Positions 63,217 to 64,000 of a DNA stretch of 64,000 nt are shown here, piece after piece; within the stretch, counting starts at the first letter, position 1, and the number at the start of each line of letters is the position of its first letter. The DNA is from Rubrivivax sp. (lineage in GTDB: Bacteria > Pseudomonadota > Gammaproteobacteria > Burkholderiales > Burkholderiaceae_C). Both the position numbers and the translations under genes were made by a program. The stretch lies in the NCBI GenBank assembly GCA_016788525.1, contig JAEUPD010000222.1, forward strand, positions 557 to 64,556, given 5' to 3'. A model generated the notes under the pieces. It worked only from the letters and a program-made list of their open reading frames with translations, made no database searches and was not told the origin of the DNA.

Positions 63217-64000
63217 CTACTGCAGCGCGTCGATGCGCTGCGGCGGGTAGCTCTCCCAGCTGAGGCAGCCCGGGCATTGCCAGAAGTAGTGCTGGGCCTC
63301 GAACCCGCAGGCTGCGCACCGATAGCGCTGGACAGGCCGTGCCGCGCGGGCCACCGCCGCGCGCAACGCCTCGAGCCCTGCGCCGCCCCAGGCCTTGGGG
63401 TCGGAAGCCAGCACCTGCTGCGCGGCGGTGAGCGAGGGCGCGCGCTGCAGCTGCGCCACCCAGCGTTCGTGCCGGTTGATGGCCGGCTGCGCGGCAGGGG
63501 ATGCGCAGCCCGGTGGGCCCGGCGCGTTGGCATCGTCGGGGCCGGCGGCTTCGAGCAGGTCGAGCGCGGCCAGCAGCTCGGTGGCCGGGTGTGCCGCCAG
63601 CAGCGCGAGGAGCAGGTGCCGCACGGCCGGCACCCGGCCGCAGGCCACCGCGGCGCGCGCATAGTCCTCGGCCACCAGCAGGAAGGCGCCGCTGGCGCTT
63701 TGCTCGCGCAGCTCGTCCCAGGCCGCCAGCGCTTGGGCGGCGCGGCCGCTCTTCCACAGTCGCTGGCCGGCCAGCAGCATCGGCCGCGCGGCGGCGGGCG
63801 CGGCGTGGCGCGCCCGGGCGAGGGCTGCCTCGGCTTCCTGCGGGCGGCCCGCGGCGTCGGCCTCGAGCGCCCGCTCGCACTCGTAGTGCGCGATGCGCGC
63901 ACCAAAGGCGCCGGGAATCGCGCCGCCGGCATTCAGCCGCGTGGCCACCTCCACCGCGCGAGGCCAGTCGCGCGAGCGCTCGGCCAGCGTGAGCTGCGCG
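63217..64000 (-). CDS. lapB: LPS assembly protein B (5' part outside window)
   Basis: TPR region followed by rubredoxin-like YRCAACGF...WQCPGCLSWE. Confidence 0.9.
   Translation of the reverse strand, partial: AQLTLAERSRDWPRAVEVATRLNAGGAIPGAFGARIAHYECERALEADAAGRPQEAEAALARARHAAPAAARPMLLAGQRLWKSGRAAQALAAWDELREQSASGAFLLVAEDYARAAVACGRVPAVRHLLLALLAAHPATELLAALDLLEAAGPDDANAPGPPGCASPAAQPAINRHERWVAQLQRAPSLTAAQQVLASDPKAWGGAGLEALRAAVARAARPVQRYRCAACGFEAQHYFWQCPGCLSWESYPPQRIDALQ

Overview
Very GC-rich (roughly 70%+, estimated by eye) chromosomal window. Gene content and order point to a Burkholderiales betaproteobacterium of the Rubrivivax/Ideonella type. Core genes: msrA, lexA with divergent asparaginase, dapC-dapD-pilU-prmB-ABC-F, queF, smc-zipA-ligA-def, tesA, dnaE, comEA-like, waaC, lapB. 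Three accessory blocks interrupt them. (1) 7.1-18.7 kb: a Ser/Thr kinase and an ECF43-type sigma factor bracket three lipoprotein genes (caspase-like protease, small beta-rich protein, FG-GAP propeller with a beta-pore-former-like tail). All three share an upstream CTGGGG-N14-TCCTGCT motif. Next to them is a 794-aa protein of about twelve 29-aa repeats plus an HExxH domain. (2) 18.8-25.9 kb: a GpgS-HAD fusion, Na+/solute symporter, ClC, methyltransferase, Pal-like protein and MarR, sharing a TATAYTKGTCYAMAW motif. (3) 32.7-39.2 kb: alkB, hydrolases, a hydrolase-LuxR regulator and a P450, plus a two-unit structured non-coding element. A 77-bp apparent remnant of dapE lies between pilU and prmB. 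I recognised no rRNA, tRNA, CRISPR array, integrase or transposase. All family calls come from reading motifs by eye, not from database searches.
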